DNA of 63,846 bases, counting the filler, from Octopus bimaculoides (Eukaryota): assembly GCF_001194135.2 (NCBI RefSeq). It is 4 parts of 4 records of this genome, joined end to end, with 100 filler letters (N's around TTAATTAATTAA, not from the genome) between each part and the next. Parts side by side here need not be neighbours in the genome. Positions count along the whole stretch, not along the records: positions 30,988 to 57,701 come from NC_068988.1; 3 more parts are not named here. One strand, written 5' to 3'. Below are positions 35,598-48,289 of the stretch, piece by piece. The notes beneath the pieces were generated by a model. It had not been told where the DNA came from, made no database searches, and worked only from the letters and a program-made list of their open reading frames with translations. Positions within the stretch are counted from its first letter, which is position 1. Each line of letters begins with the position of its first letter. A program made the translations under genes and the position numbers.

Positions 35598-35846
35598 AAG
35601 GCTCGTGGCCTAGTGGTTCGGATGTTGCACTCAAGATCGCTAGACCATGGGTTCGATTCTGTGATTGGGCGGTGCGTTTTGATCTTGAGCAAAACATTTC
35701 ATTTCACGTTGCCCCAGTCACCCTTCAGTTAATGGGTTATGTTGGCCTGCTAGACTAGCCAATTGTGTGGCGACATTTGAAGGCTAAAACACTGCAAAAG
35801 CGCATTGTGACAAGTGACGTGTCCTGGTCGGTCAAGTGATCACGTG

Positions 35847-35850
<4 letters not shown>
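35598..35850 (+). mobile_element. SINE family B
   Basis: Head tggcctagtggtt..gggttcgattc and body cttgagcaaaacatttcatttcacgttgc. Confidence 0.8.
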
Positions 35851-35878
<28 letters not shown>

Positions 35879-35896
35879 ATGTGCGTGTGTATATGT

Positions 35897-35932
<36 letters not shown>

Positions 35933-36124
35933 ACATGCATACATACACATAAGCGGTTGATGAAACAAACATCATGTATATAGTATATTACACAATAGTT
36001 TCTGCAACCCGTGTCACGGTGAATGTTACAATTTTGACCAATTGTAAACCTGTAACAGTCGAGTTGATCCTAAATATATTATGCCACATGAATACACGCG
36101 CACACACACACACACAGATATATA

Positions 36125-36221
36125 TAGGCGCAGGTGTAGGCGGTTCCGGGTTAGGCTTCACTGTGTGGCACCTTGAAGAAGTGTCTTCTACTTTGTCTTC
36201 TACTATGGACCACACACACAC

Positions 36222-36252
<31 letters not shown>

Positions 36253-36465
36253 CGACTGCGTTTGACCATCCCCATCATCACTTGACATCCGATGTTGGTG
36301 TGTTAACGTTACCGTAACTTAGCGGTTGAGCAAAATATATCTATAGAATAAGTAGAAAGGCTACAAAGAGTAAGTTCTGGCGTCGATTTTTGCGACTAAA
36401 ACCCCTAAAGGTGGTATCCCAGTATGACCGCAGTCGAATTATTGAAACAAGTATGAGCATAAAAG
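36125..36465 (+). mobile_element. SINE family A, degenerate with deletions
   Basis: taggcgcaggtgt head and ttattgaaacaagta tail. Confidence 0.7.
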
Positions 36466-36600
36466 AATATATATGTTAGTGTATGCGTGTGCACGCCTGC
36501 GTGTATGCATGTGTGTGTACGAGAGAGAGAGAGAGAAAGATAGAGAGAGATATAGAAACAATACCATACAGATGTAAACTATGGTATTCAAAACTTTATC

Positions 36601-36675
36601 GAACATACGTGTTTCGTTAAATTACCGTCATAATTGCATAACAATCAAAATCTTGAAAAAGCCTCTTCAGTGTTC
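36601..36675 (-). ncRNA. Minimal type I hammerhead-like motif
   Basis: GAACA-CUGAAGA-G...C-GAAAC-AC-GUA-UGUUC: perfect 5-bp stem I, weak stem II. Confidence 0.45.
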
Positions 36676-36706
36676 CACAATAATACAATGACTGATGTTA
36701 AAGGCT

Positions 36707-36809
<103 letters not shown>

Positions 36810-38214
36810 ATTATCAATGACCTCGCCAGTCACACTATGTAGTAGGAGACAAAAAAGAAACCGACTACATGTAACCGAGGGCGCACATCTCAAACCCAAG
36901 CAGATACAACCGAGAAAGAAAAAGAAAACATTAATAACAACAATAGTAAGAATGACAGAACCGGAAGCAGGGATTTGATTAGAGTTGTGGGTCCCAAAGA
37001 AGAGTTTAACAGCCAGAGGCTGGTTTATTGTCAAGTTATGTGTTAAAGGCATACACACACGTATAAACATACACGTACACACAATATGCATATACATATA
37101 TATACCAATGAAAAAAAAAACATATTTAATTACAAGTTACATATGTTTCCGTGCCATCTTCATTTGCAACGCCAGCTTACGCGAAAATTCTAAGAGAACA
37201 ATTACGTAATATATACGGTTTGGGGTATTGGAGAGGCACTTCCTCAGACTTGCATCAAAGTCATGCTTTTACATTGTGCGTCTATCAAACCTTGTAGTTA
37301 TGAAAATATCGGGAGGAAAGAAAAAGAAAAAAAATTAATAGTGTGTATGCGAGATGGGTCTGTGGGGGGGGGGATCAAGAGGGTGGATACGTATAATAGG
37401 AGAGAGACAGGGAAGGAAGGGAGGAAAACGAATAGAAGGCGAAAGAGAAGAATACGAAGAAGAAGGAGAGGAAGAAGTAGAAGAAAAAGGAGGAGAAGAA
37501 GAGAAAAAATATATATATACACGCGCATATGAATAAATACTTATGCATATATGCACATAAGCACGCAAACACAATATACACACGTACACTCACATGTCGC
37601 TGTCTCTTTACACACACATCTACATACACATATATACATAAATATATCGGCAAACATATACATGAATTAGTGGAAGACGCACTGCATGCGCACTATTTCT
37701 CATAGAAAAGCCGAAAACGTAGTGATGAAGGTATATTATGTAGATAAACCCAGTCTTATAAGTCAATAGACCTGCCTAACTGGCTGTCTTAAGCACAGTG
37801 TATCCGTAGAAAATAACTCAAGCAAACAGAAAACGTTCTAGACATGATGCAAACGTAAGCAGAAGTTGTTCAGGCCGGAAGAAGCAATCCTTCGTCCACT
37901 ACTATTCAGCTCTTATCGCCAACTTATGGCTTCCACGAGCTTGAACACATTGGGCATTATCACTACCATATTTCTAAAGAGGCAAAATTTTTTTTTTTAA
38001 ATAACAAAGAAAAACAGCCGGTTACAAATATGATAATTGTGCCATTTAGGGCATAAGTTGTCGGTTCCTCACTTTATCACGTGAGGTAGGGGCCTTTTTA
38101 TTTTAGGTCTCAAAAATAAAACAACAACAACAATAATCTGTTATATACGAAAATCAATCAGGTCAAAACGAAATAAAGTCAAAGTAAAGTAAAGTCAAAA
38201 CAAAGTAAAGACAG

Positions 38215-38955
38215 AAACGAAGGAGAGCACTTAAAATTTAAAAAGCTGAATGGTCAGTTCTGGGGAGAAATGCAAAATGATCCAAATGAAAGATAATTGT
38301 GTTTAGAAAAAAGCGACCTGAAACCTGAAATAAAGACCTTGATATGTGCAATACAGGAACAAGTATTGAGAGCTAACAGCAAGAAGCAAAAAATTGGTCA
38401 ATTAGAATCTGACAAATGCAGAATGTGAGGTGAAACTGGAGACAGTTGAAAGTGAATGGTGTAAATTGACTCAAGGATAATACAAGAAAAGGCATGGCAA
38501 TATCAGTAGAATGGTTCTCTGGGAACTATGTAATAAGTTTAGACTGGAAAAAGCGAGAATATGGTGTAAGCATTAGCCAAATGAATATTAGCCAACAAGA
38601 AACAATGGATTTAAGATCCCTTGGGACTTCTGATCCATTATGATCATACAATAATATATTGGGAACCCGATATTGTCCTGGAAGCCAAGCAAGAAAAGTG
38701 ATGCCATGTCATAAACATCGCTTACCCTGGTAACGGCAGAATCACAGATTAAAGAAGAAAATCTGACGCGATTTGACGCTCTGAGAAGAGAAATCAAACA
38801 GTTGTGGTCAATGAAGACAGCATATATTGTTCCAATAATTGTTGGTGTCATAGATACAGTGCGCAAGAAAATAAAAAAAATGATTCGTAATGATAGGAAT
38901 AAAATGGAAATAGAACATATCGAGAAAAGTCTCCGAAAAGTTCTCAGGACTTGAA
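38215..38955 (+). mobile_element. R4/Dong-clade non-LTR retrotransposon 3' fragment (zinc knuckle and RLE), degenerate
   Basis: KLNGQFW..LKPEIKTLICAIQEQVLRAN..DKCRM*GE, YKKRHGN..LWELC, PDIVLE and IVPIIVGVIDTV. Confidence 0.85.
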
Positions 38956-39194
38956 AAGTATCACCTTAGTTCACGTAAAGTGTGCAGCTGTTACATAACA
39001 TTTCCAGCAAAAAGCTGAATATACTAGATATAATGCACTCACCGGAGGAAGACGACGTGTTAGCGTTCAACGTTTCCCGAACGACCTACAAAAACGATTT
39101 GTTTATAGTGATCAAATGTTCGTGCCGCACATTCGTTCACTCTCCCCATCAAATCGACGTTGACTGAATACATGCACAGTATGCCACACGTCAG

Positions 39195-39330
39195 GTGTCG
39201 AAGTGATCACAGAGCAACGTGAAATGAAGTGTTTTGTTCAAGAACTCAACGCACCACTCGGTATAGGAACTGAAATCACGATCTGGCGATCGTGAGTGCA
39301 GCGCCCTAAACATACACCATGCACCCTCAA
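39195..39330 (-). mobile_element. SINE family B, partial
   Basis: Reverse complement of the family B head and body (gagcaacgtgaaatgaagtgttttgttcaagaac). Confidence 0.75.
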
Positions 39331-39332
39331 TG

Positions 39333-39337
<5 letters not shown>

Positions 39338-39409
<72 letters not shown>
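39338..39409. repeat. (TAA)n microsatellite
   Basis: Seen directly. Further runs at 39892-39953, 40416-40488, 41179-41217 and 44206-44246. Confidence 0.97.
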
Positions 39410-39410
<1 letters not shown>

Positions 39411-39891
39411 ATATAAAATATGGAAGAAAAATAATGTAAATAAAGACCTCGATAAAACAATGAACCCTAACAAACTTGCTAACATAAGAAGATATATTCT
39501 AAAAGCAAAAAAGATATCAGAAATAGAAATAGAACAATTGAAATGAAAAATACATCAGGAAAATCTAGATAATAGTCACACAGCAATGACAAATAATAAT
39601 ATAAACACTGAGATAGCAGAATCTAAAAACAGAAACAATTCCTATTATATAAGGTGCCTTAGGTATAATAAAAAAAATATTCAGACAAATACATAACAAA
39701 AACACCAGGACTTACAAATATATATAACATACAGAAACTAGCACTACTGGGCACAGCACACATCCTACGCAAAACACTTTCAATACAGTAACCATAAGAG
39801 CACCACAGCAAACCACAGCACATACCCAAGGCGCACAGAGCTACGCTCGGTAGTGAAGTGAAAGCACGTTATAAAAATAAAACTACTGATC
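39410..39891 (+). mobile_element. Internally deleted R4/Dong-like element between two (TAA)n runs
   Basis: 5' part MNPNKLANIRRYILKAKKISEIEIEQLK is joined to the ORF end KTPGLTNIYNIQKLALLGTAHILRKTLSIQ*, a 3' UTR and a (TAA)n tail. Confidence 0.7.
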
Positions 39892-39953
<62 letters not shown>

Positions 39954-40415
39954 GTTTTATCATGCACATTGTTTTGTCTTTGTATGAAAGATGGGCTACA
40001 GCAAATATTCTGCTCAATACCACAGATTTGCTTGTCAGTTGTTTGACCTTAACCAGTTGAGCATGTCCCTTGGTAGCTGACGATATGCGCATCTCTGATC
40101 ATGAGCAGAAGTAGTGGAGGAGCATCATAGCCATGTGTTGAGAGGAATTCTTTGGGGTTAGAATAATTCACCTTTGGAAATATGGGTGTTTTGCTCAACT
40201 TCCTTAAACAAACCTTATTCAGGGACCTTTTGAGCGGGATGAGCTACTCGGCTTGAAGAAAATTCTAACTGAGCCCCACCTGCATGGTCATGTGCTGTTT
40301 ATCTGGATATGAGATCACCATGTCGCGCACATATGGTTGTGATGCATGTGCCTGGTGCACCCTTATCAGACGGGTAGTCATGATGGGTATAATGGNNNNN
40401 NNNNNNCTCTCACTC
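39954..40415 (+). mobile_element. Family F non-coding element flanked by (TAA)n on both sides
   Basis: Reverse complement of 44247-44782; ends ctctcactca followed by (ATA)n. Confidence 0.8.
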
Positions 40416-40488
<73 letters not shown>

Positions 40489-40490
<2 letters not shown>

Positions 40491-41178
40491 CAACAGGCAT
40501 GATAGAGCTGCACAATATATTCACTGGGTAATATGCAAAAACCTCGACTTGCCCCATGACAAAAACTGGTGGGAGCACAAACCACCCCCAGTACTTGAAA
40601 ATGATCATATTGCACTCTTCTGGAACTTCACCATTCAAACTGATAGAAAGATAGACGCAAATAGACCAGACATCATACTGAAAGACTTCAGACAAAAATC
40701 ATGCCTCCTCATTGATATGACTGTCCCAATCGATATAAACGTATCTGTCATGACCTACCAAAAACTGAGCAAATATAAAGATCTTGAAATAGAAATTAGC
40801 AAAATGTGAAATCTGAAGATGAAAACAATACCTATTGTCATAGGTGCCCTGGGAATGACAGCGAAACGGGCTGATTACTACCTAGCTCAGATACCAGGAA
40901 ACCCCAAAATGGCTGAAGTTCAAAAGAAATTGCTCATGGGAACTGCCCATATCCTACGTAAAATACTGTCTATGTGATCTCAAATTTTAAAACAAACACA
41001 TAATTTTCTTATGGTTTCTTAAACATTCACTAGAACAAAACTGTACAAATACAAATATATGGTACCCTAGGCATAACACCTACATGAACATCTAACTTGT
41101 TGTCTCTTGAGGTCTCTGGGTGAGACTTGGATCCAACTTGTACAAATGCAAAACAAAAGTCAAACATAAAATAATTAA
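40489..41178 (+). mobile_element. R4/Dong-clade element, 5'-truncated, inserted in (TAA)n
   Basis: RHDRAAQYIHWVICKNL..LFWNFTIQTDRKIDANRPDIILKD..LLIDMTVP..QKLSKYKDLEIEISKM*..IPIVIGALGM contains the PD-D-xxK RLE motif. (TAA)n lies on both flanks. Confidence 0.92.
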
Positions 41179-41217
<39 letters not shown>

Positions 41218-41218
<1 letters not shown>

Positions 41219-42230
41219 TTTTCTTTATTGGCTAGATGGGCCTACATAGAACATACAAGGACGTAAATACAAAGGCACAAACGGAGGGGTTTACCGAGTA
41301 AACATAAAACAATAGCAAAAGTGAATAATAATGTTAAACAATTATAATTCCCTAATAGGGAGAAGAATTTCAATGGAAAATCGTGCAAATCCCACAGAAA
41401 ATCACGGTTTCCCCGACCACTTAGGCAAGTGCTTCCTCTCTCTTTTACTCCACTCAGAAGCGCATGCTCAGAACAGGCCCGTTCACACGAACCATTCTCT
41501 CCACCCCTGTCCACCTTTCAATAAATTTGCTAGAAAGGAGCACCTCCCTCTCCACTCTGATCCACTTATTCAAGTGGAACCTAAAAAAGTTGATCAGCGA
41601 TTCGCCTGAGAGGAAACTGCTCGTCTTCAAACCTTTCACTCTTGTTCACCACACAACCTCTTCCACCATGGCCACCAGGCAGGTGAAGATTGCCCGGCTT
41701 TCCCGTTGCTGGACTGGGTGATGTACGGGCCGTGTGTGTGAAAAGGGTTGTGTTTGCAAATGGGCTGTCTGTGATGGTGACGGTGGTTGAGGTAGTAATG
41801 AGGACCGTTTTATTGATGAAGATGGTGCATGTGTAGTTGCACTTGGGTCGATGTATGAGCACCATTGCTCACAGGAATCTCTCACATTTGTTTATCTATG
41901 TTTTTTGGTATTTATTTGGCTACTTCTATTTCTTTTTCTTCTTTTTGGATTCCTGACTGTTTGTCATTTCGGCTCGTTCCCCTCCTCTTCATTACAGGAC
42001 ATGTCTGATTGGTCCGAAGAGGCAGGGTGGGGTACATCCTGGGGCTGTTTTTGGACAATTGATGTTGTGTTCTTTCTGTTTTGTATGTTCCTGATGCTGT
42101 TCTTGGTAGCGGTGATAATGGTGGTGCTGCTGCTGCTGCTACTACTGCTGCCACTGTGGACGTTGTAATTATTCTTGCTGCTGCTGTTGTTGGTGACGGT
42201 GATGATGGTAGTAGTGTTGTTGCTGCTATT
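41218..42230 (-). mobile_element. Tx1/L1-like LINE, internally deleted (ORF1 end, ORF2 C-terminus, 3' UTR)
   Basis: AIFTCLVAMVEEVVW*TRVKGLKT..INFFRFHLNKWIRVEREVL..FIERW; AATAAA near the end; upstream low-complexity stretch ending *QTVRNPKRRKRNRS. Confidence 0.6.
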
Positions 42231-42234
42231 GTTG

Positions 42235-44205
42235 TTTCATGCCTATTTCCTCAATCCATCTGTTCAGATCATAAGGGACAGTTCCCAATGCACCTATTAC
42301 TATTATGATACATTTTACCCGCACTTTCCACAATCTCTGTAATTCAATAGCTAGGTCCTAGTACTTTGCAATTTTTTATATATTTCTCATATTAATGTTT
42401 TCATCATTTGCGACTCTAATGTCTATTATCTGGCATTTTCTACTCTCTTTATCTAGTACTACCAAATCAAACATTCTAGCTTATATTATTCTGTCAATCT
42501 GAGTGTTGAAGTCCCACAACATTTTATATTTCTTACTTTCTCGTACTTTACTTGGTTCGTGTTGATACCATTTATCAGTATGTTCAAATCCTAGCTTTCT
42601 ACATAGTTCCCAGTGAATTAGTCCCCCTAGATTACCGTGCCCTTTCTTGTTTTCTTTCTCTGCCAGCATACTACATTCACTTACTATGTGAGTGAGGCTT
42701 TCCTTATTTGATTTGCATCAACTAAATTAGGAATCTACAAGGTTTTTGTGTATCTTGGCTTTTATTCAATTAGTCCTTAATGCTTGATATTAAGCAGCTG
42801 CTAACAAACTTTCTGTCTCCTCTTTAGCCTTCATTTCTGTAGCCATAATCATATCTCACTACTACTATTTACTGCAACTATCTTTGGGAATCTACCATGC
42901 AACGCCGTCTCCTGCCAGTCAGATAATTTCTGGTGGGGTTTTCTGATTTTTAACTTCGTTTGGGTTTTTCGTTTCCCTATATCTTGCTGTGACTTTAGCA
43001 GTTTTTAATAAACTTTCTTCGCTATTACCTACATAGGTGTCTGTATCTACTCTAGCTAATTCCCTGCAGTCTCCTAGTGATATCAACCCTCTTCCGCCAT
43101 CCTTTATTGGTAGGTATAATCTTGTTACTCCTGCTCTTAGGTAGAGTTCTTCATTCATATTGAATTCCTTCCTATATCTTCTGTCTAGCTTTGCTAATTC
43201 AGTTTTTGCCCAATCTACAAAAGTGGCTGAGTATCTAAGCAATGATACTGCCCAAGTATTTACAACCTTCACTAGATTCGAACCATTTAGCTTTGACTTC
43301 ATTAACTTCTTCACCCTTCTGATGTGTTCCTTGTCAATTTTCGTTTTCATTTGTGTAGTCAGTACCCTGTCAGATTCTAATACTCCTAGATATTTATAAC
43401 TCTCTCCTCCTTTCAATGATTTTGATGACTGGCAATCTGGTAATTGGATGTCTTCGCTGTTGACTACCTGTCTCCTTCTCATGGCTAATATTGCACACTT
43501 ATCTATGCCGATTTCCATGCCTATATACTTGCTGAAATGTCTTACAGTCTGTATTAAAGAATCTCTCTTTTTTATTCTTACTAAAACGCTGCAGACAATT
43601 CATGTAGAGAAAATGGTTAATTTTACCCTCACTATTTCTGAACTGATGCCCTGCTTTGCCTTCATTAATACTAAACTGAGGGAGACCAAACATAAGACAA
43701 ATATCAAAGAGGACAACGAGTCCCCTTGGAAAATTCCTCTTTTGATATTAACTTTCCCTAAGTGTGTATCACCTGAGTAGAGATCTTCTTTCTGTTTCTT
43801 GACGCTAAAGCTAATTAATTCTCTTATGTTGTCTCCTATACTGAATACACACCAACATTCAATTATGCATGAGTGTGGGATCATGTCAATCTATTAAAAT
43901 TATTGTTAGATTTTTCTTTCTAGCTTTTACATCATTTAGAACTGCTTTGTCTATCTATAATAGACCATTCGTTCCTCTAGCCTTCTTCCTTCGACGTTTC
44001 TGTTCTTCTGGCAGTAAATTCTCATTGTCAAGGTGTTCGTAAATGCTTTTTGAAAGTATTACTGTTAACATCTTCCACACTAATGGTAAGCAAGTGATTG
44101 GTCTATAATTGCTGACTGTATTAATCTTGCTCTTATATTTCATGATGAGTATTCTCCTCCATTTAGTCATCCAATCTGGTGTTTTCCCTCCATTTTTGTT
44201 GTTGA
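42235..44205 (-). mobile_element. R4/Dong-clade element (RT, zinc knuckle, RLE), degenerate
   Basis: NYRPITCLPLVWKMLT, IKRGIFQGDSLSSLIF, GIDKCAIL, YKYLGVLESD, RLYLPIKDGGRGLI, LIHWELCRKLGF, LWDFNTQID and VIGALGTVP. Confidence 0.92.
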
Positions 44206-44246
<41 letters not shown>

Positions 44247-44782
44247 GTGAGTAAGAGAGCAGCGCATGCCATCAAAGTGACATTGGGGTACAAATATACG
44301 AAGCCCAGTATACCCGTCTGATAAGGATACACCAGGCATCTGCATCACAACTATATATGCGCAACATGGTGATCTTATATCAAAATATAAAGCACATGAC
44401 CTTGTAGGTGGGGCCCAGTTAGAATTTACTTCAGGTTGGGTAGCCCATCCCGCTCAAAAGGTCCCTGAATAAGGGTTGTTTAAGGATGATGAACAAAACA
44501 TCCATGTTTCCACAGGTGAATTACTCAAACCCCAAAGAATTCCTCTCAACATATGGCTATGATGCTTCCCACTTCTTCTGCTCATGATCAGAAATGCATA
44601 TATCATCAGCCACTAAGGGACATGTTCAACTAGTTGTGGTCAAGCAACTGGCAAGCAAATCTGTAGTACTGAGCAAAATATTTGCTGTAGATCATCTTTT
44701 ATATCAAGACAACACAATGCACACGATAACACTTCCAATCATTTAAGATCAAAAGCCATGAGCGCCGCTACTTGGTATTGCT
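44247..44782 (-). mobile_element. Family F non-coding element, longest copy, between TAA-type microsatellites
   Basis: Aligns with 39954-40415 and 24200-24420. Confidence 0.85.
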
Positions 44783-44838
<56 letters not shown>

Positions 44839-44909
44839 TAATATTATTATTATTATTATTATTATTATTATCGTTGTTGTTGTTGATGTAGCTGCTGCTG
44901 CTGCTGCTG

Positions 44910-44972
<63 letters not shown>
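44783..44972. repeat. Compound trinucleotide microsatellite (ATC)n(TTA)n(GTT)n(GCT)n(TTA)n
   Basis: Seen directly. Confidence 0.97.
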
Positions 44973-44976
<4 letters not shown>

Positions 44977-45534
44977 AAATTGAAAATACTTGGTGCTTAG
45001 CAATACAGATGTAAGTTGTAATCGGAAATACCGAATATTCTACCATATTAGCGACTGGGGAAAATACTTTAAAAAAAATTAAACACATTCCTGTAGTTTA
45101 AATGGAAAAATTATAAGTCCAGGAAATTACAGTGAATACAAGTTAAAGTTATGAACGGTAAGCCGTATTTCTATTTCAATCGGAAATGAAAAATTAATCG
45201 ACATCTAACATTTAGTGTGAGCAATACATCATGGCATTAAAACATGTAATATCACATGTGACATGTGATGTAGAACAACCTATAATTGACACAACTGATA
45301 GCAGACGTCGAAAATAAGTGCTACATATACGTAGTGTTGACATTATATTAAATAGTTATATTTACAACGCATGCACACATATAGATAGGCTCTCATTTAT
45401 GTGGATCTTGTTATTCAAAACCTACAGCTCTACAAAATAATAATGCAAGTAGCCAAAAACGAACTTGTCCAACAAGAAAGTGAGTTGCAACGGAATAAAT
45501 CCCGAGCTTTGTATTAATCATTTATCTGTTATAT

Positions 45535-45905
45535 TTTACTTGTTTCAATCATTGGACTGCGACCATACTGGGGCACTACCTAGAAATTTTTAACTGAACA
45601 TATAATACCTAGTACTTATTTTTGAAGAGTGGTACTTAATTTATACGCCTCTTTTGTCGAAATGCAACGTTACCGGGAAATAAACAAATCACCACCGGTT
45701 GTCAAGTGGGGAGAACAAACACATCACCCACACGGACACACACACACATAAATACACATATACATGTACAAGATGGATTCAGTTTTCCATCCAGCAAACC
45801 TGCTCACGCGGTTTTGATTAGCTTGCAGCTATAATAGAAGACGTACTGTGGAAGTGAGCTTGGAACCACATGGTTTGTAATCAAGCTTCTTAACCATATC
45901 GGCAT
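45535..45905 (-). mobile_element. SINE family A, old and degenerate
   Basis: tttacttgtttcaatc tail and ggaaccacatggtttg head remnants. Confidence 0.65.
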
Positions 45906-46175
45906 TACACATATTTAGTATGTGTACATCGTACCAAATGTGTCCATATTTCGAGGGTTTATTGTTGTGGCATTGTCTGAGAAAATATTCTTATAAACCT
46001 GTTGTGCGATTTTAATTTCCTGCTCTTTCCATTGCATATATTCTAATCGTCTGTGATAGCCATGAATGTCTTATTTACAATTTCTCGAAGTACGAATTTA
46101 GCTTAAGCTAATGGCATTCGGCATTGACAAGCTGAAGGAAGACGAAACAGGTGAGAAGCGATATTCGTTTTGCCC

Positions 46176-46228
<53 letters not shown>

Positions 46229-46508
46229 GGCACACACACACACGCTCGCACACAACGTGAATATTTCAAAGATTGCTGAAAATATTTCACGTAGTTCAAA
46301 CATTACCTGATATTGGAGCTCAATACACTGGGTAGAGCGGATAAATATGTTTATTATATCGAAATTTGACCGCCTTAACAGTTTCGTCCGGAGTTCTATT
46401 GTGCAGGACAAGTTGAAACAAACTACTGTATGACAATGCCGAACCTCATACTATTGTTCACACTGGTGAAATACTGTAATACATACTGAAATTTGAAGTT
46501 CTAGGTCA

Positions 46509-46610
<102 letters not shown>

Positions 46611-47221
46611 ACAAACACACGCTCACACATATTCAAACAAGAATGCAGTGTGATCAATACTTGCCTATATCAGGCCTGCAGAATATATTATAAAGGGATC
46701 AGTGTAAATGAGAAAATAAAATACATAAGCATTTTTTTCTGAGACCTCATTTTTTTCTTCTAAGACTCTATGATATCACGTTTCGTGCAAGCAGGCTCTC
46801 GTTAGCGAGGCGGAAAGAATTTAGTGGACCGATAAGACTCTTTTGTTCGTTGAGAAGTTGATATTCACAATCTAGCGACGGTTTACAAATATAAAATCGA
46901 ATTAGTCTTCTTATCATTCTACAGAGAAGCTTTACATGTGCTGTTATCAAGATTTACATTATACTATTAAATAATCTATCTGAGAATGTTATATTTTGTG
47001 AAAGCATGAAGATTTCTCAGTATTAGTATGTGGTTTATATGTATCCATAGTTTTTAGATGTATTTCTAAAGTACAACTGTATAAATACTGGATAATACAG
47101 TGCACAAAACATCAGCTCTCACGGTTAAAGACAACTTTTGTGTTTACGTTTTTGCATATATATTGAACGTATATTTTCAATAGCCAAATTTTCTTTCTCT
47201 CTCTTTCTCTCGCTTTCTCTC

Positions 47222-47276
<55 letters not shown>

Positions 47277-47550
47277 TTCTTTCTTTATATATATATATAT
47301 AACAGGAGACGGGATATAATACCCAGGTAGATACTGAATTTCTCTGAGTAAAACGCCAAGGCTAGTTTCTTCATATAGTGCATTCATTGGTAAATTTCCT
47401 TTAGCGCCTATCTGATGTTACAGTTTTTTTTGTTTGTTTTCTTTTTTGGCTACTTAGAGTGTAAAGTGCAATATTGAGGATAAGGAGAATGAAGAATTCG
47501 AACTTTCAGGCTTTATGCTTATTTCCAGCTAGTTTATTCATAATAATTGT

Positions 47551-47633
47551 CCCCAGGTATTTCGATCGCACTAACTACATATTGTTGCATATCTATACGC
47601 AACGATTTGTGCATGAATACGATCTCTTCAGGG
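47551..47633 (-). ncRNA. Decayed hammerhead motif near the 3' side of a Penelope-like fragment
   Basis: CCC-CUGAAGA-GAUCGUA...UGCGAUC-GAAAU-ACCU-G-GGG: 7-bp stem II, but the UA of the cleavage triplet is missing. Confidence 0.4.
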
Positions 47634-47695
47634 CATATAAGTATGACATTGTTCGAAGAGGAATTTTCCTCCGCTATTAGTTTGAATTAGGCCTG

Positions 47696-47698
47696 GTA

Positions 47699-47773
<75 letters not shown>

Positions 47774-47774
47774 A

Positions 47775-47820
<46 letters not shown>
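47696..47820. repeat. (TAG)n microsatellite
   Basis: Seen directly. Confidence 0.97.
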
Positions 47821-47821
<1 letters not shown>

Positions 47822-48289
47822 AACCACGATATTCTACGATGAGATGTTTTTCTCCACTGATTTTCGAAATAAAACAGCAGTGTTTTTTGAAGTTGGCAAA
47901 TGTTCTTGGCTAGTGGGGGATGGCTATTTATAGAATATTTATTTTTGACTGATTCTACATACTTTATAGTCACATGGTATTTAGATGGATTTCAGAGTTG
48001 ATTATATTATTTGAATTTTTGTGAAGTTTATTAATAGTAGTAGTGGATAATTACAAGGCCGTCAGAACCACGTGGTTATTAAAGAAGTAGTCAGTTGTAT
48101 TTTAAATTCTTCTAACTTATTATTGTTTTAAGGTGTTTTAAAATTATATCATGGATAATCTTATGAATTGAATTCTATTCTTATATTCGTTATATGAGTC
48201 TTTATCATTACAGGTCTTATAGCTATGTTGAGAGAAAATTATATGAATTAATGTATTCTGCTATTTGAATTTTTTTAAAAAGAAAATGT

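Noticed and set aside
40075-40110. CUGANGA conserved in family F copies
   Set aside because: No downstream GAAA or stems, so not a hammerhead.
45085-45160. ag..gtaagc-bounded exon-like segment on the plus strand
   Set aside because: Stops in all three frames and no supporting homology.
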